Position numbers and translations under genes: made by a program. Below, one piece after another: positions 1 to 8,573 of a DNA stretch of 24,000 nucleotides. Under the pieces are notes generated by a model. That model ran no database searches. It had not been told where the DNA came from and saw only the letters and a list, made by a program, of their open reading frames with translations. The number at the start of each line of letters is the position of its first letter. Within the stretch, counting starts at the first letter, position 1. The stretch is from an uncultured Actinomycetes bacterium (lineage in GTDB: Bacteria; Actinomycetota; Actinomycetes; Mycobacteriales; Nakamurellaceae): NCBI GenBank assembly GCA_964476495.1, contig CAYZBB010000002.1, positions 1,783 through 25,782 on the forward strand. Direction: 5' to 3'.

Positions 1-1
1 G

Positions 2-109
2 CGCCAGGTGTGGCGCGGCTTCGACGGCGGGAGCGAGGCCGCCGCGGTGATCGACACCTACTTCCGCGGCGTGGCCGGACGTGCTCGGCCCGCGGCGGCG
101 ACGCCATGA
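2..109 (+). CDS. 3' end of an upstream CDS (partial, product unknown; probably another conserved hydrogenase-cluster hypothetical)
   Basis: Frame 2 is open from the window edge to TGA 107-109 and reads RQVWRGFDGGSEAAAVIDTYFRGVAGRARPAAATP*. Its third positions are almost all G/C, better than the frame-1 upstream extension of the next ORF. The stop overlaps the next ATG as ATGA. Confidence 0.5.
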   Translation, partial: RQVWRGFDGGSEAAAVIDTYFRGVAGRARPAAATP

Positions 110-741
110 GCGGGCCCGCGTTCGAGCCGGTCGCGGTCACCGTCGACCGCTACGCCGCGGCGCCCATGCTGACCCTGCGGCTGCGCGTCACCGACCCGGA
201 ACCCGTGCACGCCATGGCGTTGCGGTGCCAGGTCCGGATCGAGCCGCAGCGCCGGCCCTACACCGATCAGGAAGCAGCCGGTCTGAGCGAGCTGTTCGGG
301 CCGCGGCGGCGTTGGGCGGACACCCTTCGCCCGTTCCTGTGGATGCACACCTCCACGATGGTTCCCGGCTTCACCGGCGGCACCGACGTCGACCTGCCGT
401 TGCCGCTGAGCTACGACATGCAGGTCGCGGCCGGCAAGTACTTCCACTCGGTCCGCGAGGGTGGGATCCCGCTGTCGCTGATGTTCAGCGGCTCGGTGTT
501 CCACCACGGCAACAACGGATTCCGCGTGGCCCACATCCCGTGGAGCACCGATGTCTCCTTCACCCTGCCGGTGAGTGCCTGGCAGGAGGCGATCGACACG
601 TTCTTCCCCGGCGCCGGCTGGATCATGCTGCCGCGGGAGACCGTCGACGAGTTGCTCCGGGTGCGCGCCGAACTGGGCCTGACCGACTGGAACCAGACCA
701 TCATCGCGCTGCTGGACAAGGCGGGGGTGGGCCGGCCGTGA
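106..741 (+). CDS. Conserved hypothetical protein of actinobacterial [NiFe]-hydrogenase clusters. From memory it resembles the family annotated DUF6084 (unverified).
   Basis: ORF 10..741 trimmed to ATG 106 (MSGPAFEPVAVTVDRYAAAPMLTLRLRV...). The ATGA overlap with the upstream stop and the GTGA overlap with the downstream start indicate translational coupling. High GC3. No catalytic motif recognised. Confidence 0.75.
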   Translation: MSGPAFEPVAVTVDRYAAAPMLTLRLRVTDPEPVHAMALRCQVRIEPQRRPYTDQEAAGLSELFGPRRRWADTLRPFLWMHTSTMVPGFTGGTDVDLPLPLSYDMQVAAGKYFHSVREGGIPLSLMFSGSVFHHGNNGFRVAHIPWSTDVSFTLPVSAWQEAIDTFFPGAGWIMLPRETVDELLRVRAELGLTDWNQTIIALLDKAGVGRP

Positions 742-2105
742 ACCTGGACACCGTGCGCGCCGTCGCCGACGCCGTGCTGTGGGAGGGGTACCTGCTCTAC
801 CCCTACCGAGCGACCTCCGCGAAGAATCTGATCCGCTGGCAATTCGGGGTTCTCGGACCTCCGGCGGCCCCACCCGGCGTCGGCGAGGAGCCGGCGATGC
901 ACACCGAGACGCTGCTGCGCGCGGATGCCGGAACACGGCTGACCGTGCGGCTGCGGCATCTGCAGCTGGTCCGACGGCAGGTATTCGCCGGCGGCGAACC
1001 GGTGCCCGACGACGGCGCCGGTCGCCTGTCCTTCGACGAGGCCGTGGCCAAGGAGACCTCGGTCGGCCCGCTTACCCTTGATGCGCTGCGCGCCGGGGTC
1101 CGGCAGCTGGTGCGAGTGTCGGGTGGGTTCGACACCGAACCGACCGGAGTGGGTCGCATCGAGCGGCGCCGTCGAGACCTGCACGCGGAGCTGCGCATCC
1201 GCGCCGACAACCCTGCCGACGACCTTGCCGACGCGCTGGCCGGCGGTTGGTGCCGGCTGGTCATCGACCTCGCCAACACGAGCCCGGATCCGGCGGCGGA
1301 TCGGGACACGGCGACCGCGGTGTCGTTCCTCGGCGCACACCTGATCCTGTCCGTCGAGGACGGCGAGTTCGGGTCCGTTCTCGAACCGCCCGCCGGGCTC
1401 GAGGTCGCGGCGGCGGGCTGCCGGCAGCATCGCTGCTGGCCGGTGCTCGCGGGCGATTCTGCCGCGCCCGGCCTCTGCGGCGTGGTGCTCTGCTCGCCGA
1501 TCATCCTGTACGACCACCCGACCATCGCGCCGGAGAGCCCGGGGAACCTGTTCGACGCCACCGAGATCGACGAGATCCTGACCCTGCGGGTGATGACGAT
1601 GACCGACGACGAAAAGCGGGACGCCCGGGCCACCGACCCGGCCGCGGCCGCCATCATCGACCGCTGCGAGTCGATGACCCAGGAAGATCTGGCCCGGCTG
1701 CACGGCACGCTGCGCGACCCCCGGTTCGGCACCCCGGACGACCCGGATCCGATCGGGGTGCCCACCTTCGTCACGCCGACCGACGAAAGGCCCTGGTGGG
1801 ACCCGGCGGTCGACGGCTCGGTCGCGCCCGACCGGGATTGGGTGCCGATCGGCGGCGTGCAGGTGTGCAGGGGCACGCTGGTGCGGATACGGCCGAATCG
1901 TCGAGCCGACGCGCAGGATCTTTTCCACGCCGGACGGCCGGCCAGGGTCACCGGTGTGCACTTCGATGTCGACGGCCGGTGCCACGTCGCGGTGGTGCCG
2001 CTCGACGACCCTGCCGCGGAACTGCACGAATGGTACGGCCGGTATCTGTATTTCGGTCCGGACGAGCTCGAACCTTTGCAGGCCGTCCCCATCCCGAAGG
2101 AGTGA
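738..2105 (+). CDS. 455-aa conserved hypothetical protein with a paired CX4C...CX4C cysteine cluster; hydrogenase-cluster associated
   Basis: The frame-3 ORF has GTG 738 overlapping the previous stop (GTGA). The N-terminus is VNLDTVRAVADAVLWEGYLLYPYRATSAKNLIRWQFGV. Four Cys sit at C228/C233/C247/C252 (CRQHRC-x13-CGVVLC, nt 1419-1493). The part of the ORF upstream of 738 overlaps the previous gene and is Arg/Pro-rich junk. Confidence 0.8.
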   Translation: MNLDTVRAVADAVLWEGYLLYPYRATSAKNLIRWQFGVLGPPAAPPGVGEEPAMHTETLLRADAGTRLTVRLRHLQLVRRQVFAGGEPVPDDGAGRLSFDEAVAKETSVGPLTLDALRAGVRQLVRVSGGFDTEPTGVGRIERRRRDLHAELRIRADNPADDLADALAGGWCRLVIDLANTSPDPAADRDTATAVSFLGAHLILSVEDGEFGSVLEPPAGLEVAAAGCRQHRCWPVLAGDSAAPGLCGVVLCSPIILYDHPTIAPESPGNLFDATEIDEILTLRVMTMTDDEKRDARATDPAAAAIIDRCESMTQEDLARLHGTLRDPRFGTPDDPDPIGVPTFVTPTDERPWWDPAVDGSVAPDRDWVPIGGVQVCRGTLVRIRPNRRADAQDLFHAGRPARVTGVHFDVDGRCHVAVVPLDDPAAELHEWYGRYLYFGPDELEPLQAVPIPKE

Positions 2106-2107
2106 TC

Positions 2108-2227
2108 ATGAGAACGATCGGATTGCTGGCCACCGCGTTGGTCGTTGCCGCGGTCGTGGCCGCCGTGGTGACGGGGGTGCGCTCGCGCGAGGATCTCGAG
2201 CGGTACCTGAAGATGCGGAAGATGTGA
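2108..2227 (+). CDS. 39-aa single-pass membrane peptide (MRTIGLLATALVVAAVVAAVVTGVRSREDLERYLKMRKM)
   Basis: ATG 2108 lies 2 nt after the previous stop, preceded by GAAGGAG (2096-2102). It has one hydrophobic helix followed by a basic amphipathic tail. It ends 2 nt before the endopeptidase ATG and fills an otherwise empty slot in a gap-free operon. It is too short for the ORF track except as the tail of a spurious ORF. Confidence 0.6.
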   Translation: MRTIGLLATALVVAAVVAAVVTGVRSREDLERYLKMRKM

Positions 2228-2229
2228 CC

Positions 2230-2697
2230 ATGCGGGTGCTGGTCGCGGGCGTCGGCAACCTGTTCCTCGGCGACGACGGCTTCGGCGCCGAGGTGGCGCG
2301 GGAGCTGGCCGGCCGGGCGGTGCCCGACGATGTCCGGGTCACCGACTACGGCATCCGCGGCATGCACTTGGCCTACGACCTCCTCGACGGCTGGGACCGG
2401 CTGATCCTGGTCGACGCCGTGCCGTCCGAGGGCAACCCGGGGACCGTGCACGTGCGACGGATCGACCCGGACAGCCTGCCCGCCGGCGAACCCGACCCGC
2501 ATGGCATGGCACCGCACGCCGTCCTCGCGTCCGTCCGCGACCTGGGCGGCGACCTGCCTGAGACCTTGCTCGTGGCCTGCGAGGCGGCCGACACCGATGA
2601 GCGGATCGGGCTGTCCCCGCCCGTCGCCGCCGCGGTCCGGCCGGCCGCGGATGCCGTCCTCGGCCTGCTCGCGCCGACGGTGACCGGGAGGCGATGA
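2230..2697 (+). CDS. [NiFe]-hydrogenase maturation endopeptidase (HyaD/HybD/HupD family)
   Basis: MRVLVAGVGNLFLGDDGFGAEVARELAG is the family N-terminal GxGNxxxxDDGxG motif. The conserved Asp context (LILVDAV) and His (PHGMAPH) are present. The size, 155 aa, fits the family. Confidence 0.9.
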   Translation: MRVLVAGVGNLFLGDDGFGAEVARELAGRAVPDDVRVTDYGIRGMHLAYDLLDGWDRLILVDAVPSEGNPGTVHVRRIDPDSLPAGEPDPHGMAPHAVLASVRDLGGDLPETLLVACEAADTDERIGLSPPVAAAVRPAADAVLGLLAPTVTGRR

Positions 2698-2701
2698 GCG
2701 G

Positions 2702-2944
2702 ATGTGCCTTGGCATCCCCGGCCGGATGGTCGAACTCGTCGAGGGCTACTTCGACCAGGTCGCGCTGGTCGAGGTCGAGGGCAGGGCACGCGAGATCAAC
2801 ATCGGCATGCTCGACGAGCCGCCGGCGGCCGGGCAGTGGGTGCTGATCCACCTCGGGTTCGCGGTGGAGGTCATCGACGAGGCGGGCGCCGAGAAGGCGA
2901 TGTCCGGGCTGCAGCTCATGGGTCGCGCGCGGGACGAGGTATGA
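2702..2944 (+). CDS. hypC: Hydrogenase assembly chaperone HypC/HupF family (copy 1)
   Basis: N-terminal MCLGIPG with the essential Cys2. 80 aa. Sits immediately upstream of hypF with an ATGA overlap. Confidence 0.92.
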   Translation: MCLGIPGRMVELVEGYFDQVALVEVEGRAREINIGMLDEPPAAGQWVLIHLGFAVEVIDEAGAEKAMSGLQLMGRARDEV

Positions 2945-5271
2945 CCGCCGTCCACCTCACCCAGTCCGACGCGCCGGGGACGTCCGGGGCGGTCTTGCGG
3001 TGGCGCATCGCCGTCCGCGGGCTCGTGCAGGGCGTCGGTTTCCGGCCGTTCGTGCACGCCACCGCGACCACGCTCGGGCTGGCCGGTTCGGTGATCAACG
3101 ACAGCGACGGCGTGCAGATCGAGATCCAAGGCACCCCGGCCGATCTGGAGGCGTTCCGGCGCCGGCTGACGGAATCGGCGCCGCCGCTGGCGGTCGTCGA
3201 GGAGGTCTGGGTCGCCGAGATCGACCCGGTCACCGCAGCCGGCTTCACCATCGGCGACAGCGTGCACAGCTCCACCGGCCGCACGCTCGCCTCACCCGAC
3301 GTCGCCACCTGCGCCGACTGCCTGGCCGATCTGGCCGACCCGACCAACCGTCGCTACCGGCACCCGTTCGTCAGCTGCACCAACTGCGGCCCCCGGTTCA
3401 CCATCATCACCGGCCTGCCCTACGACCGGGCGGCCACCACGATGGCCGGCTTCCCGATGTGCCGGGCCTGCGCCGGCGAGTACACCGACCCGACCGACCG
3501 CCGGTTCCACGCCCAACCGATCGCCTGCCCGGACTGCGGTCCCCGCCTGGAGTTCCGCTCGCCGGGCGGCTCGATCCGCGGCGACCGGGAGGCGCTGGCC
3601 CATGCCCGGGCCCGGCTGGCCGCCGGGGACGTGCTGGCGATCAAGGGCATCGGCGGCTACCACCTCGCCTGCGACGCCCGCAACGACGCCGCGGTCACCC
3701 GCCTGCGCGGCCGGAAACGCCGGGGGGACAAGCCGTTCGCGGTGATGATCGCCGACGTCGCCGGCGCCCGACGGCTTGCCGACGTCGGCGACGCGGAGGC
3801 CGGCCTGCTCACCGACCCGGCGCGGCCGATCGTGCTGCTGCGCCGGCGGGACCGGACGCTGTCGCCGGCGGTCGCCCCGGGCAACCCGGACATCGGCGTG
3901 CTGCTGCCGTACACGCCGTTGCACACGCTGCTGTTCGGCCTGCCCGGCGACCCGGCCGGCCCGGAGGTACTGGTGATGACCTCCGGCAACCTTTCCGGCG
4001 AACCGATCGTCACCGACGACGCCGCCGCGCTGGAGCTGCTGGCCCCGATGGTGGACGGCTGGCTGCGGCACGACCGGCCCATTCACGTGCCCTGTGACGA
4101 CTCTGTCTGCCGGGTGGTGGATGGTCAGGTGCTGCCGATCCGCCGGTCCCGCGGCTTCGTGCCGTTGCCGCTGCGGCTGCCGATCGAGGTCCCGCCGCTG
4201 CTCGCCGCCGGCGCCGACCTGAAGAACACCTGCTGCGTCGGCGAGGGCCGGTATGCCTGGCCCAGCCAGCACATCGGCGATCTGGACGACCTGCACGCGC
4301 TGGACACCCTGGGCCGCAGCGCATCCCACCTGGAGCTGCTGACCGGGGTGCGTCCGTCGGCGATCGCGGCCGACCGGCACCCCGGTTACCGGTCCGGACG
4401 GTGGGCGCAGGCCCGCGCGGACGGCCCTCTCCGAGAGGTGCAGCACCACCACGCGCACATCTGCTCGGTCCTGGCCGAACACGGTCGCACCGACACGGTC
4501 ATCGGGATCGCCTTCGACGGCACGGGTTTCGGCAGCGACGGGGCGATCTGGGGCGGCGAGGCGATGATCGCCGACCACGCCGGGTTCCGCCGCTTCGCTC
4601 ACCTGAAGTACGTGCCGCTTCCCGGCGGGGACGCGGCCGTGCAGCGTCCGTACCGGATGGCGCTGGCGCACCTGCGGGCGGCCGCCCTGCCGTGGGACGA
4701 GGACCTGCCGCCGGTGACGTTCTGCCCGCCGGACGAGCGACGGGTGCTCGACCGGCAGTTGGCCACCGGCTTCGGCTGCGTGCCCACGTCGAGCATGGGC
4801 CGACTGTTCGACGCGGTCAGCGCGCTGGCGGGAGTGCGGCAGCTCGCCGACTACGAGGCCCAGGCCGCGATCGAACTCGAGGGTCTGTCTCGGGATGCCC
4901 TGCCGCGCCGCGGGTACCGGTTCGCCGTCGAGCCGGACGGGGAGGATCTGGTGGCCGATCCGGCGCCGGTGCTGGCCGCGATCGTCGACGACGTCAGGTC
5001 CGGCCTGGACACGGGATCGGTCGGCGCCGGTTTCCACGCGGCCGTGGTCGAGCTCGCCGTGGACCTGGCGGTGCGGGCTCGGCGGGAGGTCGGTCTGGAC
5101 ACGGTGGCCGTGTCCGGCGGGGTGTTCCAGAACGCGATCCTGCTCAGCGGCGTGTGCGGGGGACTGCGACACGAAGGATTCGAGGTGTTGCGGCACCGTC
5201 GGGTGCCACCCAACGACGGCGGGATCTCGCTGGGTCAACTGCTGGCGGCCGCCCACCGCACCGACGAGTGA
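2941..5271 (+). CDS. hypF: Carbamoyltransferase HypF
   Basis: Acylphosphatase-like N-terminus (RIAVRGLVQGVGFRPFV). Two zinc-finger pairs (CADC...CTNCGPRF and CRAC...CPDCGPRL). YrdC-like LAIKGIGGYHLACDA. Kae1-like C-terminal half. Start ATG 2941 was chosen over the 2704 ORF start, which overlaps hypC in another frame. Confidence 0.95.
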   Translation: MTAVHLTQSDAPGTSGAVLRWRIAVRGLVQGVGFRPFVHATATTLGLAGSVINDSDGVQIEIQGTPADLEAFRRRLTESAPPLAVVEEVWVAEIDPVTAAGFTIGDSVHSSTGRTLASPDVATCADCLADLADPTNRRYRHPFVSCTNCGPRFTIITGLPYDRAATTMAGFPMCRACAGEYTDPTDRRFHAQPIACPDCGPRLEFRSPGGSIRGDREALAHARARLAAGDVLAIKGIGGYHLACDARNDAAVTRLRGRKRRGDKPFAVMIADVAGARRLADVGDAEAGLLTDPARPIVLLRRRDRTLSPAVAPGNPDIGVLLPYTPLHTLLFGLPGDPAGPEVLVMTSGNLSGEPIVTDDAAALELLAPMVDGWLRHDRPIHVPCDDSVCRVVDGQVLPIRRSRGFVPLPLRLPIEVPPLLAAGADLKNTCCVGEGRYAWPSQHIGDLDDLHALDTLGRSASHLELLTGVRPSAIAADRHPGYRSGRWAQARADGPLREVQHHHAHICSVLAEHGRTDTVIGIAFDGTGFGSDGAIWGGEAMIADHAGFRRFAHLKYVPLPGGDAAVQRPYRMALAHLRAAALPWDEDLPPVTFCPPDERRVLDRQLATGFGCVPTSSMGRLFDAVSALAGVRQLADYEAQAAIELEGLSRDALPRRGYRFAVEPDGEDLVADPAPVLAAIVDDVRSGLDTGSVGAGFHAAVVELAVDLAVRARREVGLDTVAVSGGVFQNAILLSGVCGGLRHEGFEVLRHRRVPPNDGGISLGQLLAAAHRTDE

Positions 5272-5284
5272 AGGGAGCACGACC

Positions 5285-5614
5285 ATGTGCCTGGCGGTGC
5301 CCGGCCGGGTTCGCAGGATCTACGAGGCCGACGACACACAGATGTCCGATGTGGACTTCGGCGGCGTGCTGAAACAGGTGTGCCTGGAATACTGCCCGGA
5401 CGTGCAGGTGGACGACTACGTCATCGTGCACGTCGGTTTCGCGCTGCAGAAGCTCGACGAGGAATCGGCGCTGGCCACCCTGGCCACCTTCGAGAACATG
5501 GGCCTGCTCAAGGAGGAGTTCGGCGACCAGTTCGCGATCGCCGCCCACCAGGCAGGTGTCGAGCTGCCCGAGCACATGCGCAACGGATCGAGCACGAACG
5601 GAGAGGCCCGATGA
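5285..5614 (+). CDS. hypC: Hydrogenase assembly chaperone HypC family (copy 2, with a ~30-aa C-terminal extension)
   Basis: [12 protein letters not shown]... with Cys2. AAGGGAG lies upstream of ATG 5285. ATGA overlap with hypD. 109 aa. Confidence 0.9.
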   Translation: MCLAVPGRVRRIYEADDTQMSDVDFGGVLKQVCLEYCPDVQVDDYVIVHVGFALQKLDEESALATLATFENMGLLKEEFGDQFAIAAHQAGVELPEHMRNGSSTNGEAR

Positions 5615-6723
5615 AGTACCTCGACGAGTACAGCAATCCCGAACTGGCCGGCAAGCTGCTCGACGCGATCCGGGGGTCCTGCACGCGCCGCTGGGCGATC
5701 ATGGAGGTGTGCGGCGGGCAGACGCACTCGATCATCCGGCACGGCATCGACCAGCTGCTGCCCGATCAGATCGAGATGATCCACGGGCCCGGGTGTCCGG
5801 TGTGCGTCACGCCGCTGGAGATCATCGACCGGGCGCTGGCGATCGCCTCGCAGCCGGACGTGATCTTCTGCTCCTTCGGCGACATGCTCCGGGTGCCGGG
5901 CAGCAGCCAGGACCTGTTCCGGATCAAGAGCGCCGGCGGCGACGTGCGGGTCGTGTACTCGCCACTGGACGCCCTCAAGCTCGCCAGACAGAACCCGGAC
6001 CGCCAGGTGGTGTTCTTCGGCATCGGCTTCGAGACGACGGCCCCGGCCAACGCGATGACCGTGTACCAGGCCAAGAAGCTTGGTATCACGAACTTCTCGC
6101 TGCTGGTCTCGCATGTGCTGGTTCCGCCGGCCATCTCCGCCATCATGGAGTCCGAGAGCTGCCGGGTACAGGCGTTCCTCGCCGCCGGCCACGTGTGCAG
6201 CGTCATGGGCTGGACCGAATACCCGGAGTTGGCCGAGAAGTATCGGGTGCCGATCGTGGTCACCGGATTCGAACCGCTTGACCTGCTGGAGGGGATCCGG
6301 CTCACCGTGCTGCAGCTGGAATCCGGCCGGCACGAGGTGGAGAACGCCTACCCGCGGGCGGTGTCCAGGGACGGCAACCCGGCCGCCAAGGCGATGCTCC
6401 AGGACGTCTTCAGCCGCACCGATCGGACCTGGCGGGGCATCGGCATGATTCCCGGCAGCGGGTGGAGGCTGGCCGAGAAGTACGCCGAGTTCGACGCCGA
6501 GAACCGGTTCGACGTGCACGGCATCCGCACCCAGGAGTCCAGCCTGTGCCGGTCCGGGGAGGTACTGCAGGGGCTGATCAAGCCGCACGAGTGTGCCGCG
6601 TTCGGCAAGCAGTGCACACCTCGAAACCCGTTGGGCGCCACCATGGTGTCCTTGGAGGGTGCCTGTGCCGCCTACTACCTGTACCGCCGGCTCGAGATCA
6701 CCCCGGCGTTGTCCCATGCCTGA
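5611..6723 (+). CDS. hypD: Hydrogenase formation protein HypD
   Basis: MKYLDEY N-terminus. Motifs [18 protein letters not shown] and GFETTAP are present. 370 aa. Confidence 0.95.
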   Translation: MKYLDEYSNPELAGKLLDAIRGSCTRRWAIMEVCGGQTHSIIRHGIDQLLPDQIEMIHGPGCPVCVTPLEIIDRALAIASQPDVIFCSFGDMLRVPGSSQDLFRIKSAGGDVRVVYSPLDALKLARQNPDRQVVFFGIGFETTAPANAMTVYQAKKLGITNFSLLVSHVLVPPAISAIMESESCRVQAFLAAGHVCSVMGWTEYPELAEKYRVPIVVTGFEPLDLLEGIRLTVLQLESGRHEVENAYPRAVSRDGNPAAKAMLQDVFSRTDRTWRGIGMIPGSGWRLAEKYAEFDAENRFDVHGIRTQESSLCRSGEVLQGLIKPHECAAFGKQCTPRNPLGATMVSLEGACAAYYLYRRLEITPALSHA

Positions 6724-7786
6724 CCCAGACAGTCCCTCCCTGGACTTCGAGGGCTGGACCTGCCCGGTCCCGCTCCGCGACTCACCGACCGTGGTGATGG
6801 GGCACGGCGGCGGGGGAGCGATGTCCGCCGAGCTCGTCGAACACCTGTTCCTGCCGGCGTTCGGCGGCGCGTCCTCCGGCGAGCTGGGCGATTCCGCGGT
6901 GCTGCCGGTGCCCGGCGGCCGGTTGGCGTTCTCCACCGACTCGTTCGTGGTGCGGCCGATGTTCTTCCCCGGCGGCACGATCGGCGACCTGGCGGTCAAC
7001 GGCACGGTGAACGACCTGGCCATGGTCGGCGCCCGGCCGCTGGCGCTGTCCACTGCGTTCATCCTGGAGGAGGGCACCGCGCTCAAGGACATCAACCGGA
7101 TCGCCACCGCGATGGGCAAGGCGGCCGACGTCGCCGGGGTGCGGCTGATCACCGGCGACACCAAGGTGGTGGACGCCGGTCACGGCGACGGCGTGTACAT
7201 CACCACCGCCGGGGTCGGCGTCGTCCCGGACGGGGTGGACATCCGCCCCGGCCGGGCCGCGGTCGGCGACGTGGTGATCGTCAGCGGCCCGATCGGCGTG
7301 CATGGCGTGGCCATCATGAGCTGCCGGGAGGGCCTGGAGTTCGGGGTCACCATCGAGACCGACTGCGCCCCGCTGGCCGGGCTCGTCCAGGCGATGATCG
7401 TCACCGGTGCCGACCTGCACATGCTCCGCGACCCGACCCGGGGTGGCGTCGCCGCGTCACTCAACGAGATCGCACGCGCGGCAGGGGTGGGGATCACGCT
7501 GGTGGAAAGGGATCTGCCGATCCCCGACGTGGTGGGCAACGCGTGCAGCCTGCTGGGGCTCGACCCGCTGCAGGTCGCCAACGAGGGCAAGCTGCTGGCC
7601 TTCGTCGCAGAGTCCGACGCCGAGACGGTGCTGGCCGCGATGCGGGCGCACGAGTTGGGTCGGGAGTCGGCGATCATCGGCCGATGCGTTCCCGACCATC
7701 CCGGAATGGTGGTGGCCCGCACCGGGCTCGGCGGGAACCGGGTGGTGGACATGCCGATCGGCGAGCAGTTGCCCCGGATCTGCTGA
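6716..7786 (+). CDS. hypE: Hydrogenase expression/formation protein HypE
   Basis: N-terminal CPVP motif, VVMGHGGGG, an AIR-synthase-like fold signature, and the diagnostic C-terminal PRIC. ATG 6716 overlaps the hypD 3' end by 8 nt. Confidence 0.95.
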   Translation: MPDPDSPSLDFEGWTCPVPLRDSPTVVMGHGGGGAMSAELVEHLFLPAFGGASSGELGDSAVLPVPGGRLAFSTDSFVVRPMFFPGGTIGDLAVNGTVNDLAMVGARPLALSTAFILEEGTALKDINRIATAMGKAADVAGVRLITGDTKVVDAGHGDGVYITTAGVGVVPDGVDIRPGRAAVGDVVIVSGPIGVHGVAIMSCREGLEFGVTIETDCAPLAGLVQAMIVTGADLHMLRDPTRGGVAASLNEIARAAGVGITLVERDLPIPDVVGNACSLLGLDPLQVANEGKLLAFVAESDAETVLAAMRAHELGRESAIIGRCVPDHPGMVVARTGLGGNRVVDMPIGEQLPRIC

Positions 7787-7796
7787 TGAGCCACCG

Positions 7797-8573
7797 ATGA
7801 CGCAGGTCGCGGTCGCCCGGCCGGGGGAGGTGCTGTTCGCCCGCTACGCCTACCCGCCGAACGCGCTAGGCTACTGCGGCGCCGGCGACGGACGGGAGTG
7901 GCTGCGGATCGCCGACGGCGCCGGCGCGGTCCCGATCGCCGGGTCGATCGCCGGGTCGATCAAGGAGCGGGCGGGGACGTTCGACGGGGCCTGGCCCTAC
8001 CTGGGCTTCCTCGCCTCGGTGGCCGGCGTGACCGATCCGCTGGACGAGGCAGTGACCCGGGCGTACTGGGTCGGTGGCGAACTGCTGGACAGGGTGCGAC
8101 CGGAGGAATTCGCCGCCTTCGCCCGGGCGACGTTCGGCGGTCAGCGCGGCGCCGACTGGTCCTGCCTGGCATCGACTACCCCAACTCCGTTGCCGCACCA
8201 CAGTTTTCACGTGTTCGCGATCTACCCGTGGGTCGGGGTGTTGCGGCGCACCGGTTCGCCGAAGGCACTGGAGGTGCTCGACCGGTGCCGTATCCGCTGG
8301 GGCACGATCGAATCGGTGGACGGTGACCTGGTGCGGGTCCGCAGTCGTCCACTGACCTGGGACGGCGCGGTCATCGGACTCGGCGAGCCGCTGCCGCAGA
8401 CCGCACGATGGGCGGATCAGGGGCGCTCGCTGCTGCCGCGGGTGGCCGTCGACGATGTCGTGTCGCTGCACTGGGAATGGGTGTGCGACGTGCTGACACC
8501 GGCCGAACTTGCGATGCTGCGACGGCTTACGGATCGGCAGTTGGCGATCACCAACGACTTGACCGGCCGATGA
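7797..8573 (+). CDS. Conserved hypothetical protein following hypE. From memory it resembles the family annotated DUF6390 (unverified).
   Basis: ATG 7797; MTQVAVARPGEVLFARYAYPPNALGYCGAGDG... 258 aa with high GC3. ATGA overlap with the next gene. Contains an in-frame 12-bp tandem duplication (IAGSIAGSI). Confidence 0.75.
   Translation: MTQVAVARPGEVLFARYAYPPNALGYCGAGDGREWLRIADGAGAVPIAGSIAGSIKERAGTFDGAWPYLGFLASVAGVTDPLDEAVTRAYWVGGELLDRVRPEEFAAFARATFGGQRGADWSCLASTTPTPLPHHSFHVFAIYPWVGVLRRTGSPKALEVLDRCRIRWGTIESVDGDLVRVRSRPLTWDGAVIGLGEPLPQTARWADQGRSLLPRVAVDDVVSLHWEWVCDVLTPAELAMLRRLTDRQLAITNDLTGR

Noticed and set aside
10-105. N-terminal extension of the first full ORF (MARLRRRERGRRGDRHLLPRRGRTCSARGGDA...) from GTG 10.
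   Set aside because: The extension is Arg-rich junk with poorer GC3 than frame 2 over the same bases. Frame 2 reads as the 3' end of an upstream gene ending in an ATGA overlap at 106-109.
3292-5286. Very long antisense or out-of-frame ORFs throughout the window. Examples: 58-936(-), 411-2027(-), 3292-5286(-) at 664 aa, 5416-7164(-), 9327-10613(+), 9952-11664(-), 12466-13821(-), 13855-15426(+), 15538-16683(-), 17817-20156(-) at 779 aa, 18120-19598(+), 20240-22111(+), and 22108-23163(-).
   Set aside because: They are Arg/Pro/Gly/Ala-rich low-complexity translations typical of stop-poor alternative frames in high-GC DNA. Each overlaps a frame that encodes a protein with unmistakable family motifs and better third-position G/C bias.
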